A stretch of DNA of 64,000 nt, from positions 59,706,001 to 59,770,000 of the forward strand of contig NC_045705.1 in assembly GCF_009834535.1 (NCBI RefSeq), written 5' to 3'. The stretch is from Camelus ferus (taxonomy: Eukaryota). Shown one piece after another: positions 1 through 12,350 of this stretch. Within the stretch, counting starts at the first letter, position 1. Each line of letters opens with the position of its first letter. Made by a program: the position numbers and the translations under genes. The notes under the pieces were generated by a model. The model did no database searches. It was not told where the DNA came from and worked only from the letters and a program-made list of their open reading frames with translations.

Positions 1-302
1 CACCAGACCAAACCTGGATAAACCTTCTTCTGTCTTCCTTGTTAAGGAAAGAAAAGGTTTAGGCCACTCTAAACCAGGTTTTCTCTTACTTGCATTCTAA
101 CTGATTTGGTGAGCAAAGTATTCCAGTTCCCTCTGTTTTTCTTTTTCTTTTTTTTTTTTTTTCCCCTCTTCTCCAGAGGGCAGTGTGAAAATGTGGAATA
201 GGAAAGGGTCCTGGGCTGGGATACAGTAGTCCTTGGTCTAACCCCAGCTCTGCTGCTGAGTTGCTCTGTAATCTTGAGCAAGTCCCTGCCCCTCTGGGCC
301 TC

Positions 303-530
303 CAATAATTATAGCTAATATTTATTGACTGTTTGCTGTGTGCCAGGGACTCTGCTAAGAGCTTCCCTTACATTACCTCATTCAATCCGCATATCAACTC
401 TGCTATGTCAATATTATTATCCTCCTTATTTTATAGATAAGGAGACCAAGGCCCAGAGATATTAGGTAATTTGCTCAAGGTTACACAGCAAGTGTAACCT
501 TGGCTCTTTGGATTCTGAATTCAGGCTCAT
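303..530 (-). mobile_element. MIR SINE
   Basis: gctaatatttattga...attttatagataaggagaccaaggcccagaga...ttgctcaaggttacacagc (MIR core). Confidence 0.8.
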
Positions 531-679
531 CTCTCTCTAAAGCCCAAGCTCCTGGCCATAATGCTATGCTTCTTCGTGGTAAAAGGAAGTCTCTGGACAA
601 GATGACCTCTAAGGGGCTTTCCAGCTCAAATATTCTTTGATTTGCTGTCCCATTTCTAGCTACATGATGAACAAACCAG

Positions 680-860
680 CTTATCCTAGAGAAGAAACAA
701 ATAAGGACTGTCTTTAGCCATCTGAAAAGCTGTCATGTGAGTGGGAGATTAGACTTATTCAGTGTAGCTCAGAGGACATGAACTGGATGAGTGTGGGGAC
801 ACTACAGGGAGATAGAATGTAGCTTATATAAGACAGAACTTTCTAGCTTCCATTCAGCAG
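680..860 (+). mobile_element. L3/CR1 LINE 3' fragment
   Basis: gtctttagccatctgaaaagctgtcatgtgagtgggagattagacttattc... resembles the L3 ORF2 end as recalled. Confidence 0.6.
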
Positions 861-2374
861 GGGGTAGATGTATGCGCAGAGGCAATGACTCCCCTGTCAT
901 GAAATTTCTACAAGCCTGTGTTTGATAAACGTTTGTCAGAAGTACTGTATTGAGTAGAGGTGGGATTGAATGGTTTAAAATTTGTGGTGGGAATTAAATG
1001 GGATAATATAATCTAGTATATTTTAATACTCTCAGCACCCCAACTGATACAAATAGAGGGAGTCAAAAAACTGTTGTTTCTTTCCCTTTTTGACCCTGAG
1101 ATTCTTAAGATTCTCTAATATAGATTTTTGGTTCTTTGGCTCTAATATTCCACAGTTCTGTAATTTCAACACATTGTGATTCTGCCCTGCTAAGACTCTA
1201 TGATTTTAATATTCCAACTTTCCATGATTGTGTGGTTCTAGAAGCTGAGCAGTCTATGATTTTGTAATTTAATACTCTCTAGCTTTAACAATCCAAGATT
1301 CAATTAAGTGTCTCTCACCAGCTCCAAAAACATGAGGGAGTTGCTCCATATGCTGTGCTTCAATGGCCTGGACACACACTGGGCTTCTCCCTCTGCTCAT
1401 GTTATCATTCCACTGCCTTCCCCGATCCCAGCCTCAGTATCTTCCTTCAGATCAACCCTCCTCCCTAACTGATACCTCCATCTTTACTCTGCTGCCTCCC
1501 AACCCACCAAGAAGGTATGTTCACTCTCTACCTGCTGGTGTTTTTTCATTGAACAAGAAACTTCTCTATGCCCAGGCTTGTGCTTATTCCAAAAGAGACA
1601 ATAGAATAAGAAGGCATGGTTGTGATTCTCAGGGGTCCTAAGATCTAGGGGCTCAAGTTTCTTTTAAGTTCAACTCAAACTCACCTCTACCAGGAAGCCT
1701 TCCTTGATTGACACTAAATATGTAGCACCAATATTCTTAGTCATAACTGTGAAGATATGAGCACTTTGGTTGACTATAGGGCACATTTTAACTTATCTGT
1801 TCATCTTGTCTCCCGGATTATAATTGAGATTATCCCCTAAATTAAGAGCATGTCTCATCAACGAGAGTGAGAGTTTTCTAGAGGAAGATCATATCTTCCC
1901 CATCAGACATGGTCCATGCCTCTCTTATATCATACTTGAGTTAGAGTTAAAGGCAAAGTAATGTTTCTCCACCAGATTAATAAATTCCCAAAGGCAAGTT
2001 CATGTCTCTCCCATGGGACTGAGGATTTTATAAAAGCAGATGCTACATCTCCCCTTAATATGGGGAAGTCCTGAAACCAAGGACTGAACTTCCACTCTCA
2101 TGCTGGGGGCATCTCTCTGAGATCAAAGGGTCTAAGGCTCTGCCCTCTCTTTCTGTTTCTTTAATCCCAGTCCAGGACGTTAGTCTTAAGAAGGGATATT
2201 TTCTCTAAAGCAGATAGATGAATAGAAGAGGGAATACTAGGAACTCAAGCCTCTCCCCAACATGTCCAGACCTTTTTGTGTCCTATCTTGGGCCATCTCC
2301 TAAAAGCTCCATTCCTCTACGCAGACTGGGTCCCTCCTGGCTCCTCCCAGCAACTCAGAGCTATAAGTGAAGAT

Positions 2375-2395
2375 GTCAGCACCTTGGACAGCGCC
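2375..2395 (+). promoter_or_regulatory. RE1/NRSE (REST/NRSF-binding) element
   Basis: GTCAGCACCTTGGACAGCGCC matches consensus NTCAGCACCnnGGACAGCGCC at every informative position, with the canonical 2-nt spacer. Confidence 0.8.
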
Positions 2396-2433
2396 CAACC
2401 CATTACAGGACTCTGAGCCAGCGGAAGCTAAGC

Positions 2434-2613
2434 NNNNNNNNNNNNNNNNNNNNNNNNNNNNNNNNNNNNNNNNNNNNNNNNNNNNNNNNNNNNNNNNNNN
2501 NNNNNNNNNNNNNNNNNNNNNNNNNNNNNNNNNNNNNNNNNNNNNNNNNNNNNNNNNNNNNNNNNNNNNNNNNNNNNNNNNNNNNNNNNNNNNNNNNNNN
2601 NNNNNNNNNNNNN
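2434..2613. other. Assembly gap / masked run of 180 N
   Basis: Direct reading. Confidence 0.99.
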
Positions 2614-3814
2614 GAATCAGGAACACATAGCCGGAACACTTTGACAACGCACACTTTTTACCCCTTGGAGAGTGGAGGTGGGAGAGAAAGCTCTCCCTGA
2701 GATATACAGGGGCTATGAATGGAGATGAAATGTGGTGATTGGGTAAAGAAAACCCTGAACAGAAAGTCAGGAAATTTGAAGTTTAGTTCTGGCTTTGTCA
2801 CTAATCTAGATAAGATCTAGAGCAAGTGATGTGCCCTTTATGAGCCTGTTTTTCCATTTGTAAGATGAGGATGTTGGATGAAACAACCTCAAATATTGCA
2901 TTCAGTGCTAAAATTCTCTAGGGGAAAACTTTTAAAACAGAGAGGGAAAGAGATTTGCCTAAGGTCATATAGCAAGCTCATGGCAAAGGTGGGTTTGAAC
3001 TCATGGCTCCTGGCTTCTATTTCAGGGCTATTTCCCTTGTACAGAACTCCCCCCTTCATCCACTTTGCAGATTTTTTGCCTGAGGGTGGGGCTGAGGAAG
3101 TGAAGACAGGTGGGATTGAGTTTGTTGGTGCCAACAAAAGAAAATAAAATTTAAGATATGTGAAAATGCTGATCTCTTTGCAGAAAGCAGAGAGCATAGT
3201 AGAAATAAAGATTATCTGGGAAGGACCACCTGATAGAGACAGAAATTCAATCTTAAACTCAGAGAAACCTAGAAGGGTTTTGTAACTTGCCCAAGGCCAT
3301 CCAGCAAGGCAATTGTAGAATCCTCTTAAAGAGAAAGAATGAGCCTGATCAAGTGTTGGGGAGGGGGTGGCTCTACAGAGAAGAGAAGAGAAAATATCAA
3401 TCAGAAGGTACGCATTAGGTTGCTAAAGTGTGCTCAGATCTGTACTAGGCACTTTTAGCAGGAATGTACAAAATAAGACATGAATTCTGCTTTCTATATC
3501 TTTGATGTGCTGCTTCTTCTACTTGGAATTACTTCCAGTGAGTCTATGTATGTCCAAATACTGCTGTTCTATTAAGGCTCAAAAGTCCCTCCTGGTGGGA
3601 AGGCATCCATAACCTAATCCAGATATTCCTTTCTCCTCTGAATCCCCAAAGCATTTTATTTGTTCCTGTTTTATAGTACTCAGCATCATCTGCCTTATCT
3701 GCTCCCATCCCCTCCCCTAAGAAGAGTGAAGAGAGAGAGAACTTGTATTTTATTCAGCTTTGAACTGCTCAGAATACTCAATACAAGATTTGAAATGTAA
3801 TAGAATCTCAGTAA

Positions 3815-4145
3815 GTATTGGATAGATGAATGAATAGTTGGATGGACAATAAATATAGATGTATAAGTGAATGAGAGAGAGTAGAAGAAGGGATGGGTGT
3901 GTGGATGGGTGAGTAGGTATTTGGGTAGATGGTGGGTCAATGGATGGATGGATAGATAAGTACATGAGTAACTGAGCTAGTTGGTAGGTGGGTAGATGGA
4001 CAGGTGAATGAGTACATGGGTAAATCTATGACAACTGAATGGAAGGATATGTAGGTGGATAGTGTGTTTGGTGAATTGATGGATTAATATAAAGTTAGTT
4101 GTGTGGATAAATGGATGAATGTGTAATTACATGAATACATGATTA
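3815..4145. repeat. Degenerate (TGGA/TGAA)n low-complexity tract
   Basis: Repeated gatg/tggatgg/tgaatg units. Confidence 0.75.
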
Positions 4146-4329
4146 CATGATTATATGTAAAGATAAATGTCAGGGTATATAGAGAGAAGAATTATGGGAA
4201 ACATGGAGATAGTCCTGATATCACAAAGATCATTTTCATGGAGGTTTTCCATTGCTAATGTCAGAAAAATGACTATGGGGGTAAGCTGACTCTGTGCTTA
4301 AGCCGAGTCAAAATATGCTAAGGCCCCCC

Positions 4330-4720
4330 AAAATCTCAACCTAGTATCAATGGAAGTCTAATATCAAGATCAAAAAAGATGGTGGTTCTGCCTTGATCTG
4401 AGACACTGCCCTGAAGTCTGTGTTCTGCCCTGTAGATCTGAAGAAATGATGACATCCATGGCTTGTCCACATAAAAGATACAGTGAGGAATAATCTGTAG
4501 AGTCTACCAAATGAAGAACTGGTGAAAAAAACAGGGGTGTTCAATGTAGAAAAGAGAAAAGTCAGGGGTGACTATCACCAGGTCTCAGGATTTGGCTAGC
4601 TGTCCTGGGGCATGCCCAGTGGCCCCAGAGGCAAAGCTGGCTGCAAGAGGAAATCACAATGCTGAGGCCTCAGCCCAACATGAGAAAGGCCATTATACAA
4701 GGGAAGGGCTTTCTTAGGGA
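4330..4720 (+). mobile_element. L3/CR1 LINE fragment
   Basis: gaagaactggtgaaaaaaacaggggtgttcaatgtagaaaagagaaaagtcaggggtgac resembles L3 'gaactggggatgtttagcctggagaagagaagactcagggg'. Confidence 0.5.
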
Positions 4721-5679
4721 AGTGAGCTCCCCATGGCTGGAGCTGCACAAATAGGATCTGGATATAATCTATCAGAGAAGTTACAAAGTGGAGACTTGCT
4801 TGGTGTGGAAAGTAAATAAAGGCAACTCTAAAGTCTCTTCCCACATGAAAATTAAATCATCTGTTCACCTCTTCAACTCTCAACAATTAGGTTTAGCTGT
4901 GACCTGTGTTCAGATTGGAATGCAAGGAGTTTCTGTCCAGAGCTGAGGGTCTGAGGAGATTTGAGAGACAGATAGGGTCTAATGGGACCCTCAACTTTCT
5001 CTCCAAGTAGAACCGGGGTTTGAGGAATAAGAAGGAGCTGAAAATGTCCTTTCAGAGGCCCAAATGATGGAGGAGGGGGAGAATCAGAGCCACTCAGAGT
5101 CAATCCATGACCTAGATTCCCTATAATTAATGAGCCTACGTCACTGATGTGTTGGCTTCTGATCAGTGCTGTCTTCCCAACCCTGCCCAGCTCCCTGGTA
5201 TGAGAAGATTAAATCAATTAGGAGGAGGAGGAGATCTGGCTGGCACTGGTTAGGAACAGTGGATAATTCACTTACATAACAGGGGATTGAGGTTTTGACT
5301 TGGCACTTGGGGTGGGGGTAGATCCCAGACCCCAGGCTTTTGGGGAGAGACTTCAGGAGTTGTGAGTAAAGGCAGAGGGGAAAGGGAGTGCAGGGGAGGG
5401 GGAAGCTGTGACCCTCAGGTGGAGGCCCAACTTCCATCTTCCTGTGAGAACTAACTCCCTGTTCTCTGGGCTGGGATAGGAACAAATTGTAAAATCACTC
5501 TTCTTTCCCCCAAATAAGGGGGTCCCAGTCATCAGGTTTATTCAAAAATGAAAATCTGACCAAGCGTCTCTCCTTAGCCTGACATTCAAGATCCTGCAAC
5601 CTCTCCAGCAGCATCTCCTGCATCCAAGAGATGGGGGTGGGTAGTGAAGCAACTAGCACTTCCTGGTTTTCCCTCTGTG

Positions 5680-6290
5680 CCAGGTCCTGGCTAGGCACTG
5701 AAAGTACAGAGAGAAACAGATCCAGTTCCCTCAGAAGTGTTGCCTAGTTGGGGGGATACATACCTGCAACGCTCTGTGCCAAGTGGTAAAACAGAGGACT
5801 GCATGGGCAGGGCCCAGAGCAAACATAAGGGAGGCCTCCTGGGGTCAGTTCCAGAAGGCTCCCCAGGGGAGGAAGTAATTGCACTTACTGAGCCTTAGAG
5901 GAAGGATGGATTAATGGGAGTTCACTGGGCTGACCTGGTTGAGGGAGGGCCTTGGGTGGAGGGAACAGCATGTACAAAGGCATGGCAGTGAAACAGCCTG
6001 GCACACGTTCAGGGAAATAGTTGGTGTAGCTGGAGCATAGAGCATGAGGTAGAAATGAGGGAGATGAGGCAGGAGAGGTAGTTGGTTCAGGACTTGCTTC
6101 TGATGGCATGCCAAGAAAGGACTGAGGCAATGATGCCAAAGTCTCTGATCAATCCATGCTTCCTGAGCACTTGACAGTGTGCCAGGCCCTGTGCTGGAAC
6201 TGGGAGTGGGTGCGAGTGGGAGATAGGGAGATGAACAAAACTCAGGCCCTGTCCTCCAGGAGTTCTAGGGGAACGCAAATATTACCCCTT
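5680..6290 (-). mobile_element. L2 LINE fragments
   Basis: gagggaacagcatgtacaaaggcatggcagtgaaacagcctggcac...; cactgagcac/tgtgccaggccctgtgctgg motifs. Confidence 0.65.
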
Positions 6291-7019
6291 ACCAAGCTGA
6301 TAGTCCCAGCTTAGCTCCAGGTGGGATTCAGGCCTGGCTGGTGTCTCTGGAGCTCTGCTGATTGGCTGGGTCTGCCTGCAGCCCCTTGCCTAAGGACTGA
6401 GATACCCAGGCAAGCAGTCTTGCTGTTCAAAAGTGAGCTGGCCTCTGAGGACCTGCTCCTGATACCTAACTCCTGAAGACTGGTCCTATGGCGAGCAAGG
6501 TCCCCATAAGCAAGTTCTAGGTGGAGAGAGTGATGGGCTGAGTTGGTATCCTGGGGAGGGAAGCAAAACACGGGTGGAGAAAACATTTTGGAGTTGGACA
6601 GGAAGGGTCTTGGGAGACCCAGGGTTTTTATCTTGGGTCATGCCATCCTATGGGAAACACAGGAGAATGTAAGGTCAGGAGGGGAAGAAGATGAGTTGCA
6701 ACAAATTTCATCAGGTGGAGGCCCACAGAAACTTAGGAATTCCAGTGAACCACAAAAAAGCTGCCTGTAGGCATGTGGAAATTCCTCTCTTGCCTATTCT
6801 CTCCCTTCCTTCATTCTTTCCTACAGAAACTCTGAGTACCTCCTCTCTCCAAACAGGCATGGGGCTGAGCAGCGAAGCACAAATCTAGGGTCACCCAGTT
6901 CTTTGTCCAAAAGATCAGCATGAAACAACATTCTAGCACATCTAGGACTTGTCTGCATTAAAACTTTGGCTAGGAATTGAAGCTAGTGCCTGAAATTTAT
7001 TTTACTGTTGAAAAGATTT

Positions 7020-7480
7020 AGGAAGTAACCTTTGTGATTGCAAGCAACAGAAACTGACTCAGACTAAGCAAAACAGAAAAAAATTAGCACTTCCACCGGG
7101 CAGCTTAGAATGCATGACGAATCTGGAGACCCAAATGAGCAGGCAGCTGGACTCATAGCCAAGGTCATACCACAGGAACACCTGGCCTCAACGCCTCCAC
7201 AGCATGACCTTTAAACATCTCCACCACACTGCACCCCTAGTTGTGGCTCTGCTTACATGACATAAGCACAAATGAATTCTAACAAGTCTCCTTCTCAGCC
7301 TCACTAGTTGTCACATTCAAAGTCCTGAGCCAGGTACATCTTTTCAAATTGCAGGGGGTGTCAGTGGGAACGTATCTTGCTCCTTTTGGCTTTGAAGTGA
7401 AAGATGTGGTCCTAGTTTCCATAAAGATTCACCTAGTGGGAGATTCACTCAAAAGACAAAGCCATGAATTAGTCTTAGGC
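7020..7480. mobile_element. Ancient ERVL-MaLR (MLT1-like) LTR remnant
   Basis: gattgcaagcaacagaaactgactcagactaagc opening motif typical of old MLT1/LTR33-class LTRs. Confidence 0.45.
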
Positions 7481-7499
7481 AGCAAAAAATGTCCATTAC

Positions 7500-7690
7500 A
7501 CATTTATTGAGAAGTCACTAAATGCTAGATGCACTGCCAGGAGTTTTATATAAACAAATCTGCAAAGCAACTCTCTAACTGGATAATGGTTTCTCCCATT
7601 TTATAGCTGAGGAAATTGAGGTTTTAGAGGTGAAGCAATTTTCCCAAGGTCACTCAGCTAGTAAGTGATGGAGCCAGGATTCAAATACAG
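7500..7690 (-). mobile_element. MIR SINE
   Basis: cccattttatagctgaggaaattgaggttttagaggtgaagcaattttcccaaggtcactcagctagtaagtgatggagccaggattcaaa. Confidence 0.8.
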
Positions 7691-7779
7691 GTGGGTGGTT
7701 TTGTTGTTGTAAATACATTATGCTCTCTCCCAAACACAGAGAATTTGTACTTATGATTCCCAACATTTTTTTTTAAAGT

Positions 7780-8155
7780 GTGAGGCACAGAAAAATGACT
7801 AGAGGTGACTATTCCAATATCTTCACATAATGATTGATGGGATAATAGGATTATGAGTAATCTTTCCACTTTCTAATGTTTTTCTATACTTTCCTTAAAA
7901 AAAAAAGAGCATGCTTTGCCTTAATAATCAAAAGAAAAAATAAAAACAGAAAGATTACAGTACTGTTAACACAATCATGGAGAAAATATGCATAGAAAAA
8001 AGACTGGAAGGAAATTTGTCCCAAAAGTCTCTGGATAGTACGATTATGGATCTGTTTATTTTTTTTTCAACTTCTATTTTTCAAAATTTCTATAGTGAGC
8101 ATGCTCTGAATCAAACAGTAAAATAAGTTTTATTTTAAAATATAGCATAAAAATG
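7780..8155 (+). mobile_element. L1ME-type 3' end fragments
   Basis: gcatagaaaaaagactggaaggaaat...ggattatgg..ttttcaaaatttctatagtgagcatg, typical of L1M 3' termini. Confidence 0.6.
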
Positions 8156-8163
8156 ATATTAAT

Positions 8164-8302
8164 GGGGAGAGGGTATAGTGCAAGTTATAGAGCATATGCT
8201 TAGCATACACAAGGTCCTGGGTTCAATCCCCAGTACCTCCTCTAAAAATAACCTAATTACTCCCACCAAAATTTTTTTTAATTTTAAAAAATGTTTAAAA
8301 AG
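8164..8302 (+). mobile_element. tRNA-derived SINE resembling the camelid Vic-1 family
   Basis: GGGGAGAGGGTATAGTGCAAG...AAGGTCCTGGGTTCAATCCCCAGTACCTCC: degenerate A box, B box GGTTCAATCCC at 8220-8230, A/T-rich tail. Family assignment is from memory of the consensus. Confidence 0.75.
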
Positions 8303-9589
8303 AAAATATTAACAGATTGTACAGCCGTGTCTTGGTCTTTTTAAGTTTCCGTAGTGGTTTGGAAGCCAAGGTAGTTCTGGGTTTTCTGGGGCAGCCTGGC
8401 AGTGCCTGGCAGTGTTTGCTACCAGAGCTGACATTGTTAACAAGAAGTGGGAATGCTGTGTTATTCCCACCCTGGCTCGGAGTGTTCCACCTGAGATAAC
8501 TGTTGCTTGTGCTCTGTGCATCCTCTGGCAAATCACACACACCACCACCCCGATCCCCCTGACCACCCCCCTTCTCCCTTCCTGCTCCTCAGGTTCTCCT
8601 TGGGCAAGGTGAGGGAGCTAGATTACCTCGCAGGTCCTCCAACTCAGTGGGGACATTCTGTGTCTCGTTGCCCCTTCCCAGCCCCCTCCCCTTCCCAGCT
8701 TCTTCACCAATCTGCTCCCTCTCTTCCTCCTTCCATGTACACTCCCTTCCTACCAAGTCCCCAGAGTCTCCAGGTAGAGGCTCACTTTGGCTCCTGCAGT
8801 GGCTAAGCTGCTGCAGTAAGGGATGCAGTGGGGTAGATTAGAGGCAGCTGGGGAGGGAGGAGGGTCCAGGCCAAGGCTCAGGTCGAAGAGCCTGGGCAGG
8901 GCAGGCAGCCAGCCCCAGCAGCCCAGGCCAAAGCTACCTCAGCAGCTTCTGCTAAACTCTAGCAAGGCATCTACGCTTGGGTGGCAGCACCAGAGCTGAG
9001 AGGTTCGTAGGGGAGGGGAGCATCTGCTGAGGTCAGCACAGCCTCCAGAAACCTCTCCAGAGGAGGAGGAGGCCACAGAGAGTCCTGGCCCAAACTTTGG
9101 ACTCAGAAATAAGAGGAAATGACATTTCATCCTCCCTAGGGAATGTGACTCAGGTCCTAGAAAGCTAGAATCCAGGGCTGAGAGGGTCCTCAGAGGATAC
9201 CTGATGGAGATAAGAATCTTTACTACTCCCAGATGGACTGTAGGGCTTCCTTGCCTTCTGGGATGGAAACTCATTCCCTTCTACAGCAGCCCACTCCACT
9301 GAGAGGTGGTTCATGCCTCAGTTATCAAACTGCCACCAGTGTCATCTCTGCGCCAGGGCTTGGGCTGGGCCCTGGGGATGCAGAGATGAATGTGGTCTCT
9401 GCCCTCAAGGAGGTCACCATGTAAGGGTGGAGGCAGACACTGACCACACACTGTGGTGGAAAAGCTGCGGGAGCCCAGAGGCAGTCTGGAGCCAGCCTTG
9501 GGGTAGGGTGGGGCTCAAGAACTGCTTCCCAGGGCAGGCAGTGGACCCAAGGAGGGTCTGAATAAACAGGTGCTTCAGTTACCACCTAA

Positions 9590-10220
9590 ACGCTGACAAC
9601 TCCCAGCTTTGCAGCTCCAGCCCTTACATGGCTCCTGAACTCCAAACTTAAATATCCAACTGCCCATTCGGCACCTCCACTTGGATGTCTTGGCATCTGT
9701 AACTCATCAGGACCAAGGCTGAGTTCACCCTCTCAGCCCACTCCAGACCTGGTCTTCCCTCTCTTGGTGGATGGGTCCCATCATCCACAAACCAGACACC
9801 CTGGAGTCATCCTTCCCCCGGCCTCCATATCCAGTCTGTCACCAGGCCCTATGTTCTCCCCACCCGCACGCCACTACCCAGCCTAAGCACCATCACCTTC
9901 CACCTGTGCTCTTCAAAGCATCTCCTCAGTTGTCTTCTTGCACTCAGCCCTCTTCAATCATGCAGTGACAGTGATCTCTCCAAAAAGCAAATAAAATTGT
10001 CACCTCTTTGCTTAAAAGCCTTCAGTGGCTTCTCCTTGCCTTTGGAGTAAAGGTTAAAATCCTGAACAAGGCCTGCAAGGCCCACATGGCCTGGCCTTTG
10101 CAGGCCTCACCAACTGTATCTCAGCAATCCCCTCCTCCCTCTCTTGACGTCTCATCTCCCACCCACCTAGCCTAGTTGCCCACCACAGAGACCTTTGTAC
10201 ATGTTATTCACACTGTCTCC
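9590..10220 (+). mobile_element. L2 LINE fragment
   Basis: ctcctgaactccaaacttaaatatccaactgcc..cacctccacttggatgtct; cttaaaagccttcagtggcttctccttgcc..aaaatcctgaacaaggcc. Confidence 0.75.
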
Positions 10221-11249
10221 CATATGGGCACAAAGACATGGTCTGCCCTCCTTTCCTCTTCCAAATGACTTCCAGGACATCTGTTCTTTGCATGTTCACT
10301 GCCCCTGAACACCAGTTTCTGGGCCTTCTCAGTTGAAGAAAACAGGACATAGCCAACAGTTACAAAGTAACCATCATTTCTGGAGCCCAAGGTCCCAGAA
10401 CCTCCCAGCATTCCCAGAGGCACATCCCTCACTCTGGCTCCCAGATGCCTTCCAGAACTTCCGTTCTCCTTCTGCTCTCTTACTCCATTTCTGGGCTGGG
10501 GGCTGGGAGTGGAGGGCTGGTAAACCTCCCCATCCCCTCAGCCTAGACCCTTTCTGGGCCTTAGTGAGCTCAGAGCCCTGAGAAGAAGAAACAAAGTGCC
10601 CAGGCTGGTGCTCCGCCTGGACCTGCAACCCACGTGCTCCCTGACAGGACAGCCATCCTCAGGCCCCAGGCCAGGCATTGCCTCCTCTGTGCAGTTTGGC
10701 AAGACCAACCCCTAAGGCAGGAGGCCCTTTTCCCTGGGCTCTCACAGCACTCAGTGAGCCCAGGACTGTCAATTCACCTGCTGTTGTATACATAGGTTTC
10801 TCTGACCAGATCAGGAGCTCAGCTGCTCAAGGGCTGGTTGTTTTAATCTCTGAACCCAAGCCTGGCTCCAGGGTGGTCTCAAAAGTGAGGCTCAGAAAAG
10901 GCTTGGCATTAGAATTCAAGACTAACATCACATAAATGTGTGTTTTTTGTCTTCTTGTCACATAAACCACTGTTAAGCTCTCTGACATCCAAAACATTTT
11001 GTGAGAAGGGGGACTAGGAGTCTGACCAGCCTCAGTTGTGATCTCAGCTCCACCTGTTTCTAACTGTGACCTAGGGCAAATGCTTAGCCTCTCAGGACCT
11101 CAGTTGCTTCCCCTATAAAATGAGAGCAAAGTTCCCCTCAAGGATTTTCATAATTAAGTAAGCAATCTTATGCAAAGGGTATGGCAGACAGTGTGTGCTC
11201 AATAATTCTCCACCCCTCACCCCCTGCCCCCACCCAATCTTTGAGCCCA

Positions 11250-12350
11250 GATAGGGACTTGGTATTTACCTGGATGAACTTGAACCTATGGTTGTCACCT
11301 ATAGGTCAAGTTAATTCAGATCATTTTGAAACCAACATCGGCCATCTGACACAGATTAGTTACACATTTTATTTGACCTCATCCAAGTCCTTCAAAAATA
11401 CATCAGACCCACAAGTCAGCATGGAGGACAAAGCCTGAGCCGGGATCTAGTTTGCCCTCCAGGCTGCCATTGATCCACTAATCAATTCTCCTCCATCAAC
11501 TCTCCAGGCAGCTAGGGATTCCCCTAGAGTATCACTATTTGGTCCTGCCCCTAATCTTGCCATAAAAATGCCTTGGGAGATGTTCCAAATGCCTTTTTGA
11601 AATCAAGATTGTCAGAACTCTGACAGACCCTATCACTCGGGTTCTCGCAAAGGAGGAGACAGGAAGTCATATTGACTTCCTTCAAGTAAACCTATGCTGG
11701 GTCTTGATGGCCACTGCACTTTCTTCTTTATTTTTTAACGATATAAGGCATTCTTTTTCTGCTGTCTTTGTTAGTTTTGTTAAATCGGAAGAATTTTCAG
11801 TTCTCAGTGAAAAGTCTCACTTAGAAATGATCAAATTAACCCAGGCTACTTGCCTACAACAGTTGGCTGTTGGCTGAAAACAGCTCAAAACACATAAATG
11901 AGAACCTCTCTCTATCACAGGAAATTTGCTTTCTGGATGAATGAAGGTTTTCTATCAGAAGGTAAATTTCCATCCTGCTCTTCTGGCTCATAAATGTGGA
12001 ATAGTGGGACTGAAATAATTGCTGTCTTCTTGTAATATTGAGTCAAACATTCACTTGTTAAAAATATAACAACACTGTGCCTTAATAAAAGCTTAGCTGT
12101 ATATTTTAAGACCTAGAAAATAAGCTTAGCCGACTATGATTTTCAAAGTTTTGTAAAATTATTGAGAACACAAAAAGCCAGTACAAGAAGGAGCATAATG
12201 AAATCCAGCAGGAATAATTTGTAATTAGAAAACCCCACGCAATTCTTCAGCCAAGGATAATGGTGATCCATCTTAAAAACACATGTGTCCCATGCTGGGC
12301 ACTGATGAGGCTAATCAGACACACTCCACTGATATTTTTCACAGTACTGA
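11250..12350 (-). mobile_element. L3/CR1 LINE ORF2 (RT region) remnant
   Basis: The minus strand reads ..ttgatttcaaaaaggcatttgg.. and ..gaaggacttggatgaggtc.., degenerate CR1 RT motifs; no intact ORF. Confidence 0.55.

Noticed and set aside
2300-2654. ORFs across the first N-gap
   Set aside because: Mostly X; the visible flanks match no protein I recognise.
8164-8240. tRNA gene
   Set aside because: The A box is degenerate, no clean cloverleaf is apparent, and it continues into a SINE body and A-rich tail.
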